Positions 9,903-20,290 of a DNA stretch of 64,000 nucleotides are shown piece after piece. Within the stretch, counting starts at the first letter, position 1; each line of letters starts with the position of its first letter. The stretch lies in the IMG/VR virus record IMGVR_UViG_3300030103_004875; one strand, written 5' to 3'. The notes below the pieces were generated by a model, which did no database searches, was not told the origin of the DNA, and was given only the letters and a program-made list of their open reading frames with translations. A program made the translations under genes and the position numbers. The DNA comes from a virus.

Positions 9903-10764
9903 ACCTACAATAAAGAACGGTGATTATCTTTTTTCTGATGAATTAACATTTCCATTTCCGGTGGAAATACATTTTACTCGTATGGAGTCATTCGATAATC
10001 CGAATGCTGTCAAAGTTCTTGTGTTGTCAAATGAATCTATGATGTCACCCAATCGATCTACCATAAGTGAGGTCATTGATAATCATAAAAAGTATGATCT
10101 TATTTTAGGAACCGATGATGAAATTATTGTTTTCTGTGAGAATGCCAAAAAGTTTCCGTATGGTAGCACTTGGTTAAATAGAGGAAACATAAAACACCCT
10201 GATGGATTAGGTAGATATGAAGATAATAGTCCATCTTTTGATGGTATTACTAAAGATTTTAGTGTAAGTTTTCTTGCTTCTTGGTACAATCTAAATCGAC
10301 CTGGTTACGCATTAAGGCAACAAGTTTGGAATAGAAAAGAAGAGATACCTATAGCAAGAAATTTTTATACCAGTGTAAAGTGTTTTTCAAATGCACCCAC
10401 TCCTCTACCCGGAGGGGAGAAAGAGGTACTATTCGATTCTCAATATCACATTTGTATAGAAAATCATGCAATAGGAAACTACTTCACAGAAAAACTGATT
10501 GATTCTTTTCTTACATTGAGCATTCCAATTTATTGGGGATGTACCAATATAGAGGATTATTTTGATGTTGACGGAATGATTTTATTTGATACAATAGATG
10601 ATCTATTAGAGAAACTTAACGATATAACTCCAGAACATTATTTCAATAAACTTGATGTCATGAAAGAAAACAAAAAACGAGCGATAGAGTATGCCAACTT
10701 TGATGAAAGAATTTTTAAGGAAATAATAAAGCATGATCGTACAAATAACAATGACCCGAAATGA
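9874..10764 (+). CDS. GT10 (fucosyltransferase-like) glycosyltransferase, second paralogue
   Basis: YHICIEN...NYFTEKLIDSF....IPIYWG signature. Confidence 0.8.
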   Translation: MMNLQTKSYKPTIKNGDYLFSDELTFPFPVEIHFTRMESFDNPNAVKVLVLSNESMMSPNRSTISEVIDNHKKYDLILGTDDEIIVFCENAKKFPYGSTWLNRGNIKHPDGLGRYEDNSPSFDGITKDFSVSFLASWYNLNRPGYALRQQVWNRKEEIPIARNFYTSVKCFSNAPTPLPGGEKEVLFDSQYHICIENHAIGNYFTEKLIDSFLTLSIPIYWGCTNIEDYFDVDGMILFDTIDDLLEKLNDITPEHYFNKLDVMKENKKRAIEYANFDERIFKEIIKHDRTNNNDPK

Positions 10765-11575
10765 ATTGTTTCTTATCAAAGAAATGATGCCTATTTGGCG
10801 GAAGTATGCAGATGCTTTTGTTTTTATGGATGATTGTTCCACTGACGGAACTAGTGAGTGGTTAGAAGAACATAAAGATGAGTTTAATATTGTGTCTGTT
10901 CTTAAAACCGAGGCTGCTGGAGATGCCACACATAAAGAATCAAATGTGAGACAGGCTTTGTTTGATGAGGCATTTAAGCATTCTGGTAATATTATTTGTT
11001 TGGACAGTGACGAGTATCTAGATGGTCACATAAGCAAGGAACAATTAGAGGAAGCACTTGAAAATAATAAAGATACTCTACTGTATTGTCCGTGGATTCA
11101 GTATACCGGAAAGAATAGAGTAAGAGTTGATGGACCTTGGAAAAATAACTTCAAAGACAGAATATCAAGTTACTCCACTAGACCTGAGTTTAAAAAAGCG
11201 GAGATGCACTCCGAACATCTTCCCCATCCGGGTAGACATGGTGTTGTCAATTCTCCCGGTTTATTTATAGCACATTTACAATGGTTAGACAAACCAACTG
11301 TGGCTGTTAAACAATATTTCTGGAAAGTAACTGATTATGTTAATCATGCTACCTATGGTCATGATGTTACTCCTCCCTCTGCGTATGACGAATCTGTTGC
11401 AAATTTTGATTGGGAATATGTTGACTTCGATTTTGATCTGAAGGTGGATCCTGAGATATATTCTAAACAGGATTTGAAAGAAAGTTACAAATATAAGTTC
11501 ATTAAAGAAAATGTAAAAAAATATAATATTCCAAACCTCAATGATTGGGGAATGAATATTCATGGAGATGTATGA
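10733..11575 (+). CDS. GT2-like glycosyltransferase
   Basis: TRNE, DDCSTDGT and LDSDE motifs. Confidence 0.75.
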   Translation: MIVQITMTRNELFLIKEMMPIWRKYADAFVFMDDCSTDGTSEWLEEHKDEFNIVSVLKTEAAGDATHKESNVRQALFDEAFKHSGNIICLDSDEYLDGHISKEQLEEALENNKDTLLYCPWIQYTGKNRVRVDGPWKNNFKDRISSYSTRPEFKKAEMHSEHLPHPGRHGVVNSPGLFIAHLQWLDKPTVAVKQYFWKVTDYVNHATYGHDVTPPSAYDESVANFDWEYVDFDFDLKVDPEIYSKQDLKESYKYKFIKENVKKYNIPNLNDWGMNIHGDV

Positions 11576-12284
11576 TATGGTAACCGAAACGTGTAAAATT
11601 AATAATTTTAATAAGGACTATTTAAAGTATCTGTTTCCCCAGAGAACCAGACTTACTACAGAATATGCCCTTACCGAAGATTCTCCCCAAGAGGAAGTTG
11701 ACGCGGCATTGACAAAGATGAATCAAACAGACTATGATATGATTAAGGATTATCTTCCACAACTCTGTGAAAATTCTTTGGACATTGGTTGTGGCTTGAG
11801 TTTGATTGATGTGGCAATTTACAATCATTATCCTGATAATTATTATCCAAAGAGTAGGGTTCTTGATATTTTTCTTTTGGATAAAACCGAACTCGATACT
11901 ACAAAGATTTCTGGGTTCAATGAGGAGTATAGAGGATATAACAGCATGAGTGCTGCTCGTGAGATAATGACCGAAAACGGAGTTCCTGATGAAAAAATCC
12001 ACACGTTTGAAGTTGATGAGCATGATGAATTATATGAAAAGAAATTTCATCTCATAACTTCACTCTTGTCATGTGGTTGGCATTATAATGTTGATACCTA
12101 TATGGATTTGTTTGAGAAAACTTTACACCCCGAAGGGCGCATCATTATTGATATTAGACATGATACTGGACAAGTTGAAAAAATGAAGTCTAAATTTAAA
12201 TTGGTTAAACAAATTTATAATCACGCCGAATCTAAGCATACTGGTGGAAACATCGGAGATCGATACGTCTTTAAACATAAGTGA
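11562..12284 (+). CDS. Class I SAM-dependent methyltransferase, likely acting on a sugar
   Basis: LDIGCG motif I; located in the glycan cluster. Confidence 0.75.
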   Translation: MEMYDMVTETCKINNFNKDYLKYLFPQRTRLTTEYALTEDSPQEEVDAALTKMNQTDYDMIKDYLPQLCENSLDIGCGLSLIDVAIYNHYPDNYYPKSRVLDIFLLDKTELDTTKISGFNEEYRGYNSMSAAREIMTENGVPDEKIHTFEVDEHDELYEKKFHLITSLLSCGWHYNVDTYMDLFEKTLHPEGRIIIDIRHDTGQVEKMKSKFKLVKQIYNHAESKHTGGNIGDRYVFKHK

Positions 12285-12301
12285 AGTGATAATTATACAT
12301 T

Positions 12302-13615
12302 ATGAAAGAAATTTTAGAACTAGTAGAAAAATTTATCGATGAAAAGAATGAAAAGAAGTCATGGACACCGGGAAAGGACTGGGTTCAATATGCAGGACCA
12401 TATTTTGGTGTAGAGGAATATACTGCTTCTATTAAAACACTACTTGATGGGTGGTTGGTTCTTGGTAAAAATGGCATTCGATTCGAAAATCAGTTTCCTA
12501 AATTGATGCAAAAGGAGTTTGGTGTATTAACTAACAGTGGAAGCAGTTCCAATCTTATAATGATGTCTGCGTTGACATCAAAAAGATTGACAAATTTTCC
12601 TAAAGGCACTAAAGTAATAACTCCTATTGCCGGATTTCCTACTACAATAAATCCTATATTTCAAGTAGGATTTGAACCTGTATTTGTTGATATTGAATTA
12701 GATACTCTAAATTTAAATTTAGATCAGGTTGAGGAACGTGCGAAGGAGGGTTGTAAGATTATAACCTTTGCACATGTTCTCGGAAACCCCCCTAATATGG
12801 ATCGACTAATGGAGATAATAGATGAGTATGGACTCATTCTATTAGAGGACTGCTGTGACGCTCTGGGATCCACCTACAAGGATAGGGCTTTAGGTAGTTA
12901 CGGTGACTTCGCGTCTTGTTCTTTCTATCCCGCACATCATATCACTATGGGTGAAGGTGGATTTGTTGCATGTAATACCAAGATGCAGGAAATTGTTGCT
13001 AGGAGTTTTCGTGAGTGGGGAAGAGGATGCTATTGTGTGGGTCAAAAGGCAGGTCTTCTGAAGAATGGGACATGTAAGAACCGTTTTTCTAATTGGTTAC
13101 CTGCGTTACCTGATGAAATATTTGATCACAAGTATGTGTACGATGAGATAGGATATAATCTCAAACCTACAGATTTACAGGCAGCGATGGGTCTAGTACA
13201 GTTGGATAGACTCCCGGAGATCATAGAAAAGAGAAAGTATAATCATAAAAGATTATGTGATATATTCTCTAAGTATGATGATTATTTTGTAATTCCCAAG
13301 AAAACAGAGCACTCGGATCCTGCTTGGTTTGCATTTGCTTTGACCATAAAAGATAATGCTCCTTTTGCAAGGAAAGATATAGTAGATCATTTAGAGAATG
13401 CAATGATTCAAACTAGACCGTACTTTGCTGGTAATATTATGTTACAGCCTGCTTACGAAGGCCTCATGGATCAGAATCAAATTGTTCGTGATTATCCAAA
13501 TGCAAGAAAAGTTACCACTGATACATTTTTCTTGGGAACTAGTCCGGTCATTACTCCAGAGCAACTCGATTATATTGAAAAAATTGTGGATCAGTTTTGC
13601 GGGGATTTAAAATGA
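12302..13615 (+). CDS. rfbH: NDP-4-keto-6-deoxyglucose 3-dehydratase (E1, RfbH/DdhC)
   Basis: NSGSS.NL, EDCCDALG, SFYPAHHITMGEGG (His in place of the PLP Lys), WGRGCYC..TC Fe-S cysteines, DHKY.Y..IGYNLK. Confidence 0.9.
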   Translation: MKEILELVEKFIDEKNEKKSWTPGKDWVQYAGPYFGVEEYTASIKTLLDGWLVLGKNGIRFENQFPKLMQKEFGVLTNSGSSSNLIMMSALTSKRLTNFPKGTKVITPIAGFPTTINPIFQVGFEPVFVDIELDTLNLNLDQVEERAKEGCKIITFAHVLGNPPNMDRLMEIIDEYGLILLEDCCDALGSTYKDRALGSYGDFASCSFYPAHHITMGEGGFVACNTKMQEIVARSFREWGRGCYCVGQKAGLLKNGTCKNRFSNWLPALPDEIFDHKYVYDEIGYNLKPTDLQAAMGLVQLDRLPEIIEKRKYNHKRLCDIFSKYDDYFVIPKKTEHSDPAWFAFALTIKDNAPFARKDIVDHLENAMIQTRPYFAGNIMLQPAYEGLMDQNQIVRDYPNARKVTTDTFFLGTSPVITPEQLDYIEKIVDQFCGDLK

Positions 13616-14397
13616 AACGAGTGATTAATTGTTATAATCAGTATCATTTGGGTGATTGTATACAGACGTTGCATTTTTTAATACATGCAACTAAGTGCAA
13701 TAATGTAACTTTTAATTTTCTATGCAATCCAGCATATCACTCCCAATTGAAAGAGTTTATAGGAAATGATGGGGTTAATTTATATTCGGTAGTTCCTGCT
13801 GATACAGATCATGAAAATTTTATTAACACATGGATAGGTGCTCATAATTATTCTCAGATATGTGATGATTCTGATGTAATTTTTGGCGATGATTCTGATC
13901 AAGGAACATTTTTTCTCATTTTATCTAAGATTTTATCCGACAAAATGGGAATAGAATGTCCGTTTTCTAAAAAATCAGACATGATCTACAATGAATCCTC
14001 TTTGGAGTCTTCTTGCGAGACATCCATCGACTCTTACGATTATTTGTTTATCAATAGTCAAAACATGAGCATTCCCTTTCCAAATTTTGAAGAAGAGGTA
14101 TCAAGTTTTATTGAACGGTTGCAGTTTAAGAATAAAAAGGTTATTACAACTACAAAATATCTTGACCTTCCTTGTACTCTGGATTATAATTTTAGTGTAG
14201 TGGACATTGCAAAATTATCTAAAAATGTTAAACATATTGTAGGTGTCAACACGGGTCCACTACACCTTTGCATGAATAAATGGACAATTGAGAATGTGGA
14301 AAGTTTTACAGTATGGTGTCCCGCAGAAACCTTTAATTACGGATCTAAGTTTAGATCCGTAAAATCCCTTGGAGAGATAGATGAGAGTAATCTTTAG
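13612..14397 (+). CDS. Probable GT-B glycosyltransferase (GT9-like)
   Basis: N-terminal HLGD and C-terminal VGVNTGP.H motifs. Confidence 0.55.
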   Translation: MKRVINCYNQYHLGDCIQTLHFLIHATKCNNVTFNFLCNPAYHSQLKEFIGNDGVNLYSVVPADTDHENFINTWIGAHNYSQICDDSDVIFGDDSDQGTFFLILSKILSDKMGIECPFSKKSDMIYNESSLESSCETSIDSYDYLFINSQNMSIPFPNFEEEVSSFIERLQFKNKKVITTTKYLDLPCTLDYNFSVVDIAKLSKNVKHIVGVNTGPLHLCMNKWTIENVESFTVWCPAETFNYGSKFRSVKSLGEIDESNL

Positions 14398-15169
14398 TAT
14401 TATTTTAAATGGCAAACATCATTTGTTACACAATGATCAATATAGATTTATATTAGATAATTGTGATAAGTGGGTGGTAGTAGAAGGCGCATCCCAATCT
14501 AATGGTAGCACTCAGTGGTGTAAAACCATTCCTGATGAATATCACAATAACGGTGCAAGTGTCGATGGTACTAGAGAGTTTATGGAAGAGTTGGCGAAAA
14601 CAGAATCCAATTTAGTATACGTTCCCTCTGATGGTTTCTGGAATTCTAAAGACGATCAGGTAAATCGTGCAATCGAAGAAGTCAAGAAACTCACTGACAA
14701 ATGTTTTCTTTGGGAATTTGACATCGATGAACAGTGGACAGCAGAGGCACTTGATCAGGGAGAGAAAGAACTGACGGAAGGTAATCTAAAGTATGCCGGG
14801 TTTATGAGTAGATATTATGTTGGTAAGAATTTGCTCGCAAAAGGTCATTGGGGTGAAGGAAGGGATGGGGGTTACATCAGACTATGGGATTGGGAAGGTG
14901 AATCTTTTGTTCGTCATGAACCTCCAACTCTGGAGGGATGTGAGGATAAAGAAGGTAAGATGCTGAGTCCTATATTTGATCATTACAGTTATTATTTCGA
15001 CGAGGATGTTAAATTTAAAGATGCTTGGTATAGTGGTCACGAAAACATTTATGAAAGATGGAAGTACGTTAACTCTTTACCCAAAGAAGTTTTCCCGATC
15101 CACATTTCAGCGTTGATCACTGGGTACTGGGGAACAACTGATACTGGTATATTTTGGGAAGATCTATGA
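14381..15169 (+). CDS. Probable GT2-like glycosyltransferase
   Basis: VVEGA, S.DGT and W.FDIDE motifs. Confidence 0.65.
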   Translation: MRVIFSIILNGKHHLLHNDQYRFILDNCDKWVVVEGASQSNGSTQWCKTIPDEYHNNGASVDGTREFMEELAKTESNLVYVPSDGFWNSKDDQVNRAIEEVKKLTDKCFLWEFDIDEQWTAEALDQGEKELTEGNLKYAGFMSRYYVGKNLLAKGHWGEGRDGGYIRLWDWEGESFVRHEPPTLEGCEDKEGKMLSPIFDHYSYYFDEDVKFKDAWYSGHENIYERWKYVNSLPKEVFPIHISALITGYWGTTDTGIFWEDL

Positions 15170-15816
15170 AAAAATTAATATGTTTTAGTCTATGGGGGAA
15201 TGACAAGAAGTATACTAGTGGTGCTATTGAAAACTTAGAATTGGCTTCTACCTATTATCCCGGATGGATTTGTAGATATTATATTTCTAAAGAAAATACT
15301 TCACCTGAACTTATACGAAAAATGAAAGAATATGATAATTGCGAAGTCTTCATGCATGATCAAATAGATTCACAATGTCAAAGACTAATTAGATTCTTCC
15401 CTCTTCAGGAATCTGATGTTGAATATTTTATCGTAAGGGATTTGGATTCTCGGTTAGGCAGAAGAGAGGCCTCTGCTGTGGAGGAGTGGATACAATCTGG
15501 GCATGATTACCATATAATGAGAGACAATGTGGAACATGCAGTTCCTATGATGGCTGGGATGTGGGGAGCAAAGGGTAACCTTGTTCCTGATTTTTCTTCT
15601 CTAGTAGAGAAGCATAAGTTAACATTGGGAGAAGAGTTTGATACCAATGTTCAAGTGGATCAGCAGTTTCTTTGGAATTACATCATACCCAAAATTAAAA
15701 GTGCATTAGTTCATGATGAAAGCACTCATCTTGGGGGAAATAAATATCCTACAGAGAGATTAGAAAATGAAATTCCTGAGTTTATAGGTCAATCATATGA
15801 AGATTTTGTATTATGA
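15166..15816 (+). CDS. GT-A-like glycan cluster protein
   Basis: ICFSLWG...KY..GA..N, RF.P, VRDLDSR, H.MRD...H, MAGMWG and DQ.FL motifs. Confidence 0.6.
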   Translation: MKKLICFSLWGNDKKYTSGAIENLELASTYYPGWICRYYISKENTSPELIRKMKEYDNCEVFMHDQIDSQCQRLIRFFPLQESDVEYFIVRDLDSRLGRREASAVEEWIQSGHDYHIMRDNVEHAVPMMAGMWGAKGNLVPDFSSLVEKHKLTLGEEFDTNVQVDQQFLWNYIIPKIKSALVHDESTHLGGNKYPTERLENEIPEFIGQSYEDFVL

Positions 15817-16781
15817 ATATTGAAGAAAAAAAAGTAGTTTATGTCACTGGATGTCTGGGATTTATTGGATCTTATGTCACTAGATTATGCCTGGATCGTG
15901 GTTGGTATGTAAAGGGTGTTGATAAAATAACCTATGCTGCCAATAAAAATCTTCTCTCGGAGTTTGAATCCTACGATAATTTTTCATTTGTGCATTGTGA
16001 TATAAACGAGTTAAAATTTTTATATGACTGTGATTATGTGATTAATACGGCAGCAGAAACACACGTTGGTAATTCTATTGCGAATAGTGATGATTTTGTT
16101 GAGTCCAATATAAACGGTGTGCATAATATTTTAGAGTTGATAAAAAATTATCGACAAGAACACACCAAGGTTCCTACTCTGTTACATTTCAGCACAGATG
16201 AGGTGTATGGGGATATAGAGGATGGTGCGCACACGGAAAATGATATATTAAAGCCTTCTAACCCTTATTCTGCAACTAAGGCGGCCGCCGACATGTTAGT
16301 GCTGGCGTGGGCCAGAACTTATAATATCCCATATGTGATTGTTCGTCCCACCAATAATTATGGCATTGGCCAGTATGTTGAAAAATTAATACCAAAGGCT
16401 TGTAAGTTCTTGAAACTTGGTAGAAAAATACCACTTCACAATAATGGAACACCTGTCCGAAATTGGTTACATGCAGAGGATACGGCTAACGCTGTTATAA
16501 AGATTATTGAGTCTGGTATGAATAATGAAATTTATAACATCGCTGGCGGGTTTGAACAAACCAACATGGATACTGTTCATAAGTTAATTTCTGTATTGAC
16601 AGACGGGGAAGAATATGATATAAAAGACTATGTTGATACCTCATTTTCTCGTGTGGGACAAGATTTAAGGTATGCTTTGGATGACTCTAAACTTCGCTCT
16701 TTGGGATGGGAACCCAAGAAAGACTTTGATACAGAAATCATCGACATAGTAAATTACTACAAGAATAAATTTATATGGTAA
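15813..16781 (+). CDS. NDP-glucose 4,6-dehydratase (RmlB-like)
   Basis: TGCLGFIG, DKITYA, AAETHV, STDEVYG, YSATK and NNYG motifs. Confidence 0.88.
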   Translation: MNIEEKKVVYVTGCLGFIGSYVTRLCLDRGWYVKGVDKITYAANKNLLSEFESYDNFSFVHCDINELKFLYDCDYVINTAAETHVGNSIANSDDFVESNINGVHNILELIKNYRQEHTKVPTLLHFSTDEVYGDIEDGAHTENDILKPSNPYSATKAAADMLVLAWARTYNIPYVIVRPTNNYGIGQYVEKLIPKACKFLKLGRKIPLHNNGTPVRNWLHAEDTANAVIKIIESGMNNEIYNIAGGFEQTNMDTVHKLISVLTDGEEYDIKDYVDTSFSRVGQDLRYALDDSKLRSLGWEPKKDFDTEIIDIVNYYKNKFIW

Positions 16782-18589
16782 ACGATAGTAAAATTAGGGT
16801 AGCAGATTACATTGCAAATAAGATTCATGAAATGGGAGTGAATCATATTTTCACTATAACTGGCGGTGGTGCCATGTTTTTGAATGATGCAATATTAAGA
16901 AATCCCAATATAGAAGCTATTTGTGGTCACCACGAACAAGCGTCTGCAATGTCAGCCGTTGGTTATTCTAAGTACAGCGGAAAGTTGGGAGTTGTAATGC
17001 CAACAACAGGTTGTGGTGCAACCAATACCATAACGGGGTTATTGGATGCGTGGCAAGATAATGTTCCCATGCTTTTTGTATCGGGTCAGATAAATTCTCA
17101 CCAAACAATGAGTAATTATGATTTACCATTGAGACAGATTGGTGTTCAAGAAGCAGATATTGTTGAGATAGTAAAGAGTATCACTAAATATGCAGTTCTA
17201 GTTGATGATCCAAAACAAATTCGATACCATATGGAACGAGCGATCCACGAGGCCTTTTCGGGTAGACCCGGTCCTGTTTGGTTAGATATTCCTTTGGATA
17301 TTCAATCCACTCTCATAGATCCGGAATCTTTGGTTGGGTATCATCATACCGCCTCCGATGCTTTTGATGAGATATGGTGGTCTTGGCCAAAACCTGATTT
17401 AGAAGAGGTGAGTGAGTATTTTCGTTGTGCTCAACGTCCGGTAATATTAGCGGGTAATGGTGTAAGGTTATCTGGAGCCAGTGAGGAATTTAAACAGTTT
17501 GTAGAGAAATATAATATTCCAGTGGTTAATACTTATCTTGCAGCAGATCTATTACCAACAGATCATCCGCTCAACATAGGTAGAGTTGGAATTAAGGGCA
17601 ATAGAGCAGCCAATTTTGCATTGCAGAATTCTGATCTAGTATTAACGATAGGGACTAGACTAGGAATTCCTGTTACGGGTTACATTTATGAAAACTTTGC
17701 ACGAGAGGCAAAACTTGTTGTTGTCGATATTGATGATAAAGAACATCAAAAGAACACTATAAAGATAGACAAATTTATCCACTCGGACGCAAAAAAGTTT
17801 TTACAAAGATTTGAAGCCTCAAAGTGCCCAGACAACTGGTCCAAACAATGTTTAGGGTGGAAAACTAATTGGCCCGTATTTTCGGAAGAACATTTAAATG
17901 ACAGTGACGGTATAAGTTTTTACGGATTTATGAAAGTTCTTTCTGAATGCACTAGGGACGATGACGTTGTGGTTTCTGATGCCGGATCTGCTTATTATGT
18001 TTCCTCTCAAGCGGTTCATATAGAAAAAAATCAGAGGTATATTACTTCCGGTGCTCAAGCCGATATGGGATTCACGTTGCCTGCCAGCATAGGTGTTTCG
18101 GTTGCAAAAGATAGCGGAGATGTAATTGGTATTGTTGGGGACGGTTCGTTCCAAACAAATATTCAGGAATTGCAAACAATGGTTCACAATAAATTGCCTG
18201 TCAAAATGTTTGTTTGGAATAACAATGGTTATCTCTCTATTAGAACAACACAAAGAAAGTTTTTTGATGACGGATTTATTGGAACCGATGTAGATTCGGG
18301 TGTGTCGTTCCCCGATCTTGAAAAGGTATCAGATGCGTATGGTATAAAGTATATACGATCATCCGATATAAATAAACTGAAAGATGATATTAACGAGTCT
18401 TTGAGTCATAATGGGCCCGTGATATGTGAAGTGATTTGTAAAGAATGGGATGAAGTATTGCCTACTATTAGTAGTAAGAAACTACCAAACGGAAAAATGT
18501 TTTCTAAACCCTTAGAGGACATGTATCCCTTTTTGTCTCGTGAAGAATTTTTGAACAACATGATTGTAACCCCTGTGGAGGAAATTTAA
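16775..18589 (+). CDS. ThDP-dependent acetolactate-synthase-like enzyme (YerE-type carboligase)
   Basis: GGGAMFLND, HHEQA, SGRPGPVWLDIPLD and GDGSF..N.QEL...NNNGY ThDP motif; sugar-cluster context. Confidence 0.82.
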   Translation: MVNDSKIRVADYIANKIHEMGVNHIFTITGGGAMFLNDAILRNPNIEAICGHHEQASAMSAVGYSKYSGKLGVVMPTTGCGATNTITGLLDAWQDNVPMLFVSGQINSHQTMSNYDLPLRQIGVQEADIVEIVKSITKYAVLVDDPKQIRYHMERAIHEAFSGRPGPVWLDIPLDIQSTLIDPESLVGYHHTASDAFDEIWWSWPKPDLEEVSEYFRCAQRPVILAGNGVRLSGASEEFKQFVEKYNIPVVNTYLAADLLPTDHPLNIGRVGIKGNRAANFALQNSDLVLTIGTRLGIPVTGYIYENFAREAKLVVVDIDDKEHQKNTIKIDKFIHSDAKKFLQRFEASKCPDNWSKQCLGWKTNWPVFSEEHLNDSDGISFYGFMKVLSECTRDDDVVVSDAGSAYYVSSQAVHIEKNQRYITSGAQADMGFTLPASIGVSVAKDSGDVIGIVGDGSFQTNIQELQTMVHNKLPVKMFVWNNNGYLSIRTTQRKFFDDGFIGTDVDSGVSFPDLEKVSDAYGIKYIRSSDINKLKDDINESLSHNGPVICEVICKEWDEVLPTISSKKLPNGKMFSKPLEDMYPFLSREEFLNNMIVTPVEEI

Positions 18590-18590
18590 T

Positions 18591-19514
18591 ATGCCAGCGG
18601 ACAGCAAAACTAAAAAAACAATTTTAACACTCAACAACAATAAAAAGAATAATGACCCTACAGTTCTGGTGACTGCGTATGATTATCCTCAAGCAAGGAT
18701 TGCAGACATGGCTGGAGTTGATGCTATCTTGATCGGTGACTCTCTCGGAATGACAACTCTTGGTCACAAGACAACAATTCCGGTTACTATGGATAATATG
18801 ATTGCGTCATCCGAAGCAGTTTGTAGGGGAGCAAAGAATGCCTTAATTATTGGTGACATGCCCTATATGTCATATCAGCAGTCGAATGAACTCGCGGTAG
18901 AGAACGCCGGTAGGTTTATCGTTGCTGGTTGTGATATGGTTAAGGTAGAGGGTGCAATGACGGAGCGAATCAGAGCAATCTGTGATGCTGGTATCATGGT
19001 TATGAGTCACCTTGGACTTACTCCACATACACGAGCAAAACTTGGTGGATATAAGGTTCAGGGCAAGACTGCAAAACAAGCAGAGATTGTTCTGAAGCAA
19101 GCCTTAGAATTACAGGATGCGGGCTGCTCCGCGCTTCTCCTAGAAGCGATGCCAAAGGAACCGGCCGGAATGATTGCAAAGGAATTGGATATTCCTGTCT
19201 ATGGAATTGGTGCAGGTGATGAGGTTGATGGGCAGTTGGTTATTTTCCATGATCTCATGGGACTTTTCTGGGAATTTAAATCTAAGTTTGTTAAGAGATA
19301 CTGTGAAGCAGGTCAAATTATGGCAAGTGCTCTTACCGATTATGTTAATGAAGTTCGTAGCCGACAATTTCCAGCAGAGGAAAACTTCTATGAAATTAAA
19401 GAAGAGGAACTTGAAAAATTGCTTGGAGATTCTAAGTGGAAATATGAAACGGATCAAGGATTCCCGACAAATCACTCAGCAACTCCAAATACGGTAACCG
19501 ATAAAGACAAGTGA
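18591..19514 (+). CDS. panB: Ketopantoate hydroxymethyltransferase family protein
   Basis: TAYDY, L.GDSLGM, GDMPYMSY, VKVEG, HLGLTP, GG.KVQGK, GIGAG..DGQ..I.HD..G. Confidence 0.9.
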   Translation: MPADSKTKKTILTLNNNKKNNDPTVLVTAYDYPQARIADMAGVDAILIGDSLGMTTLGHKTTIPVTMDNMIASSEAVCRGAKNALIIGDMPYMSYQQSNELAVENAGRFIVAGCDMVKVEGAMTERIRAICDAGIMVMSHLGLTPHTRAKLGGYKVQGKTAKQAEIVLKQALELQDAGCSALLLEAMPKEPAGMIAKELDIPVYGIGAGDEVDGQLVIFHDLMGLFWEFKSKFVKRYCEAGQIMASALTDYVNEVRSRQFPAEENFYEIKEEELEKLLGDSKWKYETDQGFPTNHSATPNTVTDKDK

Positions 19515-20290
19515 ATATATTAGTAACAGGTGGTAATGGATATATTGCCAAAAGTCTTGTTAAAGGGTTTTCTGGTAAGTACAATATAACTAGTGTCACT
19601 AGGAATGATTTTGATCTATCGGATCCCGTTCTTACTTCTGAGTGGTTTAGAACTAGAGAATTTGATGTTGTTGTTCATACTGCGGCCGTCGGGGGAAGTA
19701 GGTTGTCTCCCGACGGCCCTGATGTTCTTCGGCAAAATTTGATGATGTATTATAATTTATTGTCAAATAAAAAATCTTTCGGTAGGTTAATATCTTTTGG
19801 ATCTGGTGCAGAACTGTTTCATAAAGAAACTCCATATGGTATGAGCAAGAGCATAATATCTGAGTCCATAAGAAATACTGATAATTTCTATAACCTGAGA
19901 GTATTCGCAGTTTTTGATGAGAACGAACTGGATAGAAGATTTATAAAATCAAGTATAAATCGTTATATTAATAAACAACCAATTATCATACACTCGGAAA
20001 AAATTATGGATTTTTTCTATATGCAAGATTTAATTTCTTTGGTAGAATACTATATTAACAATGATAACCTTGAAAAAGAAATTAATTGTTCGTATCAAGG
20101 GAAAAAAACACTATTAGAAATTGCTTCCATTATAAATGATCTAGATAATTATACTGTTCCTGTTTTTATAGAAACAAAAGATTATGGATTTTATTGTGGG
20201 GTGAGTGATTTGCCTATTAAGACTTATGGGTTGGAATCTGGTATAGAGAAAACCTACAAAATTATGAAAGATAATTGTAATGAAAATTGA
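19511..20290 (+). CDS. NAD-dependent epimerase/reductase (extended SDR)
   Basis: TGGNGYI, FGSGAE and YGMSK motifs. Confidence 0.82.
   Translation: MNILVTGGNGYIAKSLVKGFSGKYNITSVTRNDFDLSDPVLTSEWFRTREFDVVVHTAAVGGSRLSPDGPDVLRQNLMMYYNLLSNKKSFGRLISFGSGAELFHKETPYGMSKSIISESIRNTDNFYNLRVFAVFDENELDRRFIKSSINRYINKQPIIIHSEKIMDFFYMQDLISLVEYYINNDNLEKEINCSYQGKKTLLEIASIINDLDNYTVPVFIETKDYGFYCGVSDLPIKTYGLESGIEKTYKIMKDNCNEN

Noticed and set aside
16775-19514. ilvB+panB as a pantothenate/CoA auxiliary pathway
   Set aside because: No ilvC/ilvD/panC/panE in the window; the ThDP enzyme looks YerE-like and both genes sit between NDP-sugar enzymes. Not fully excluded.
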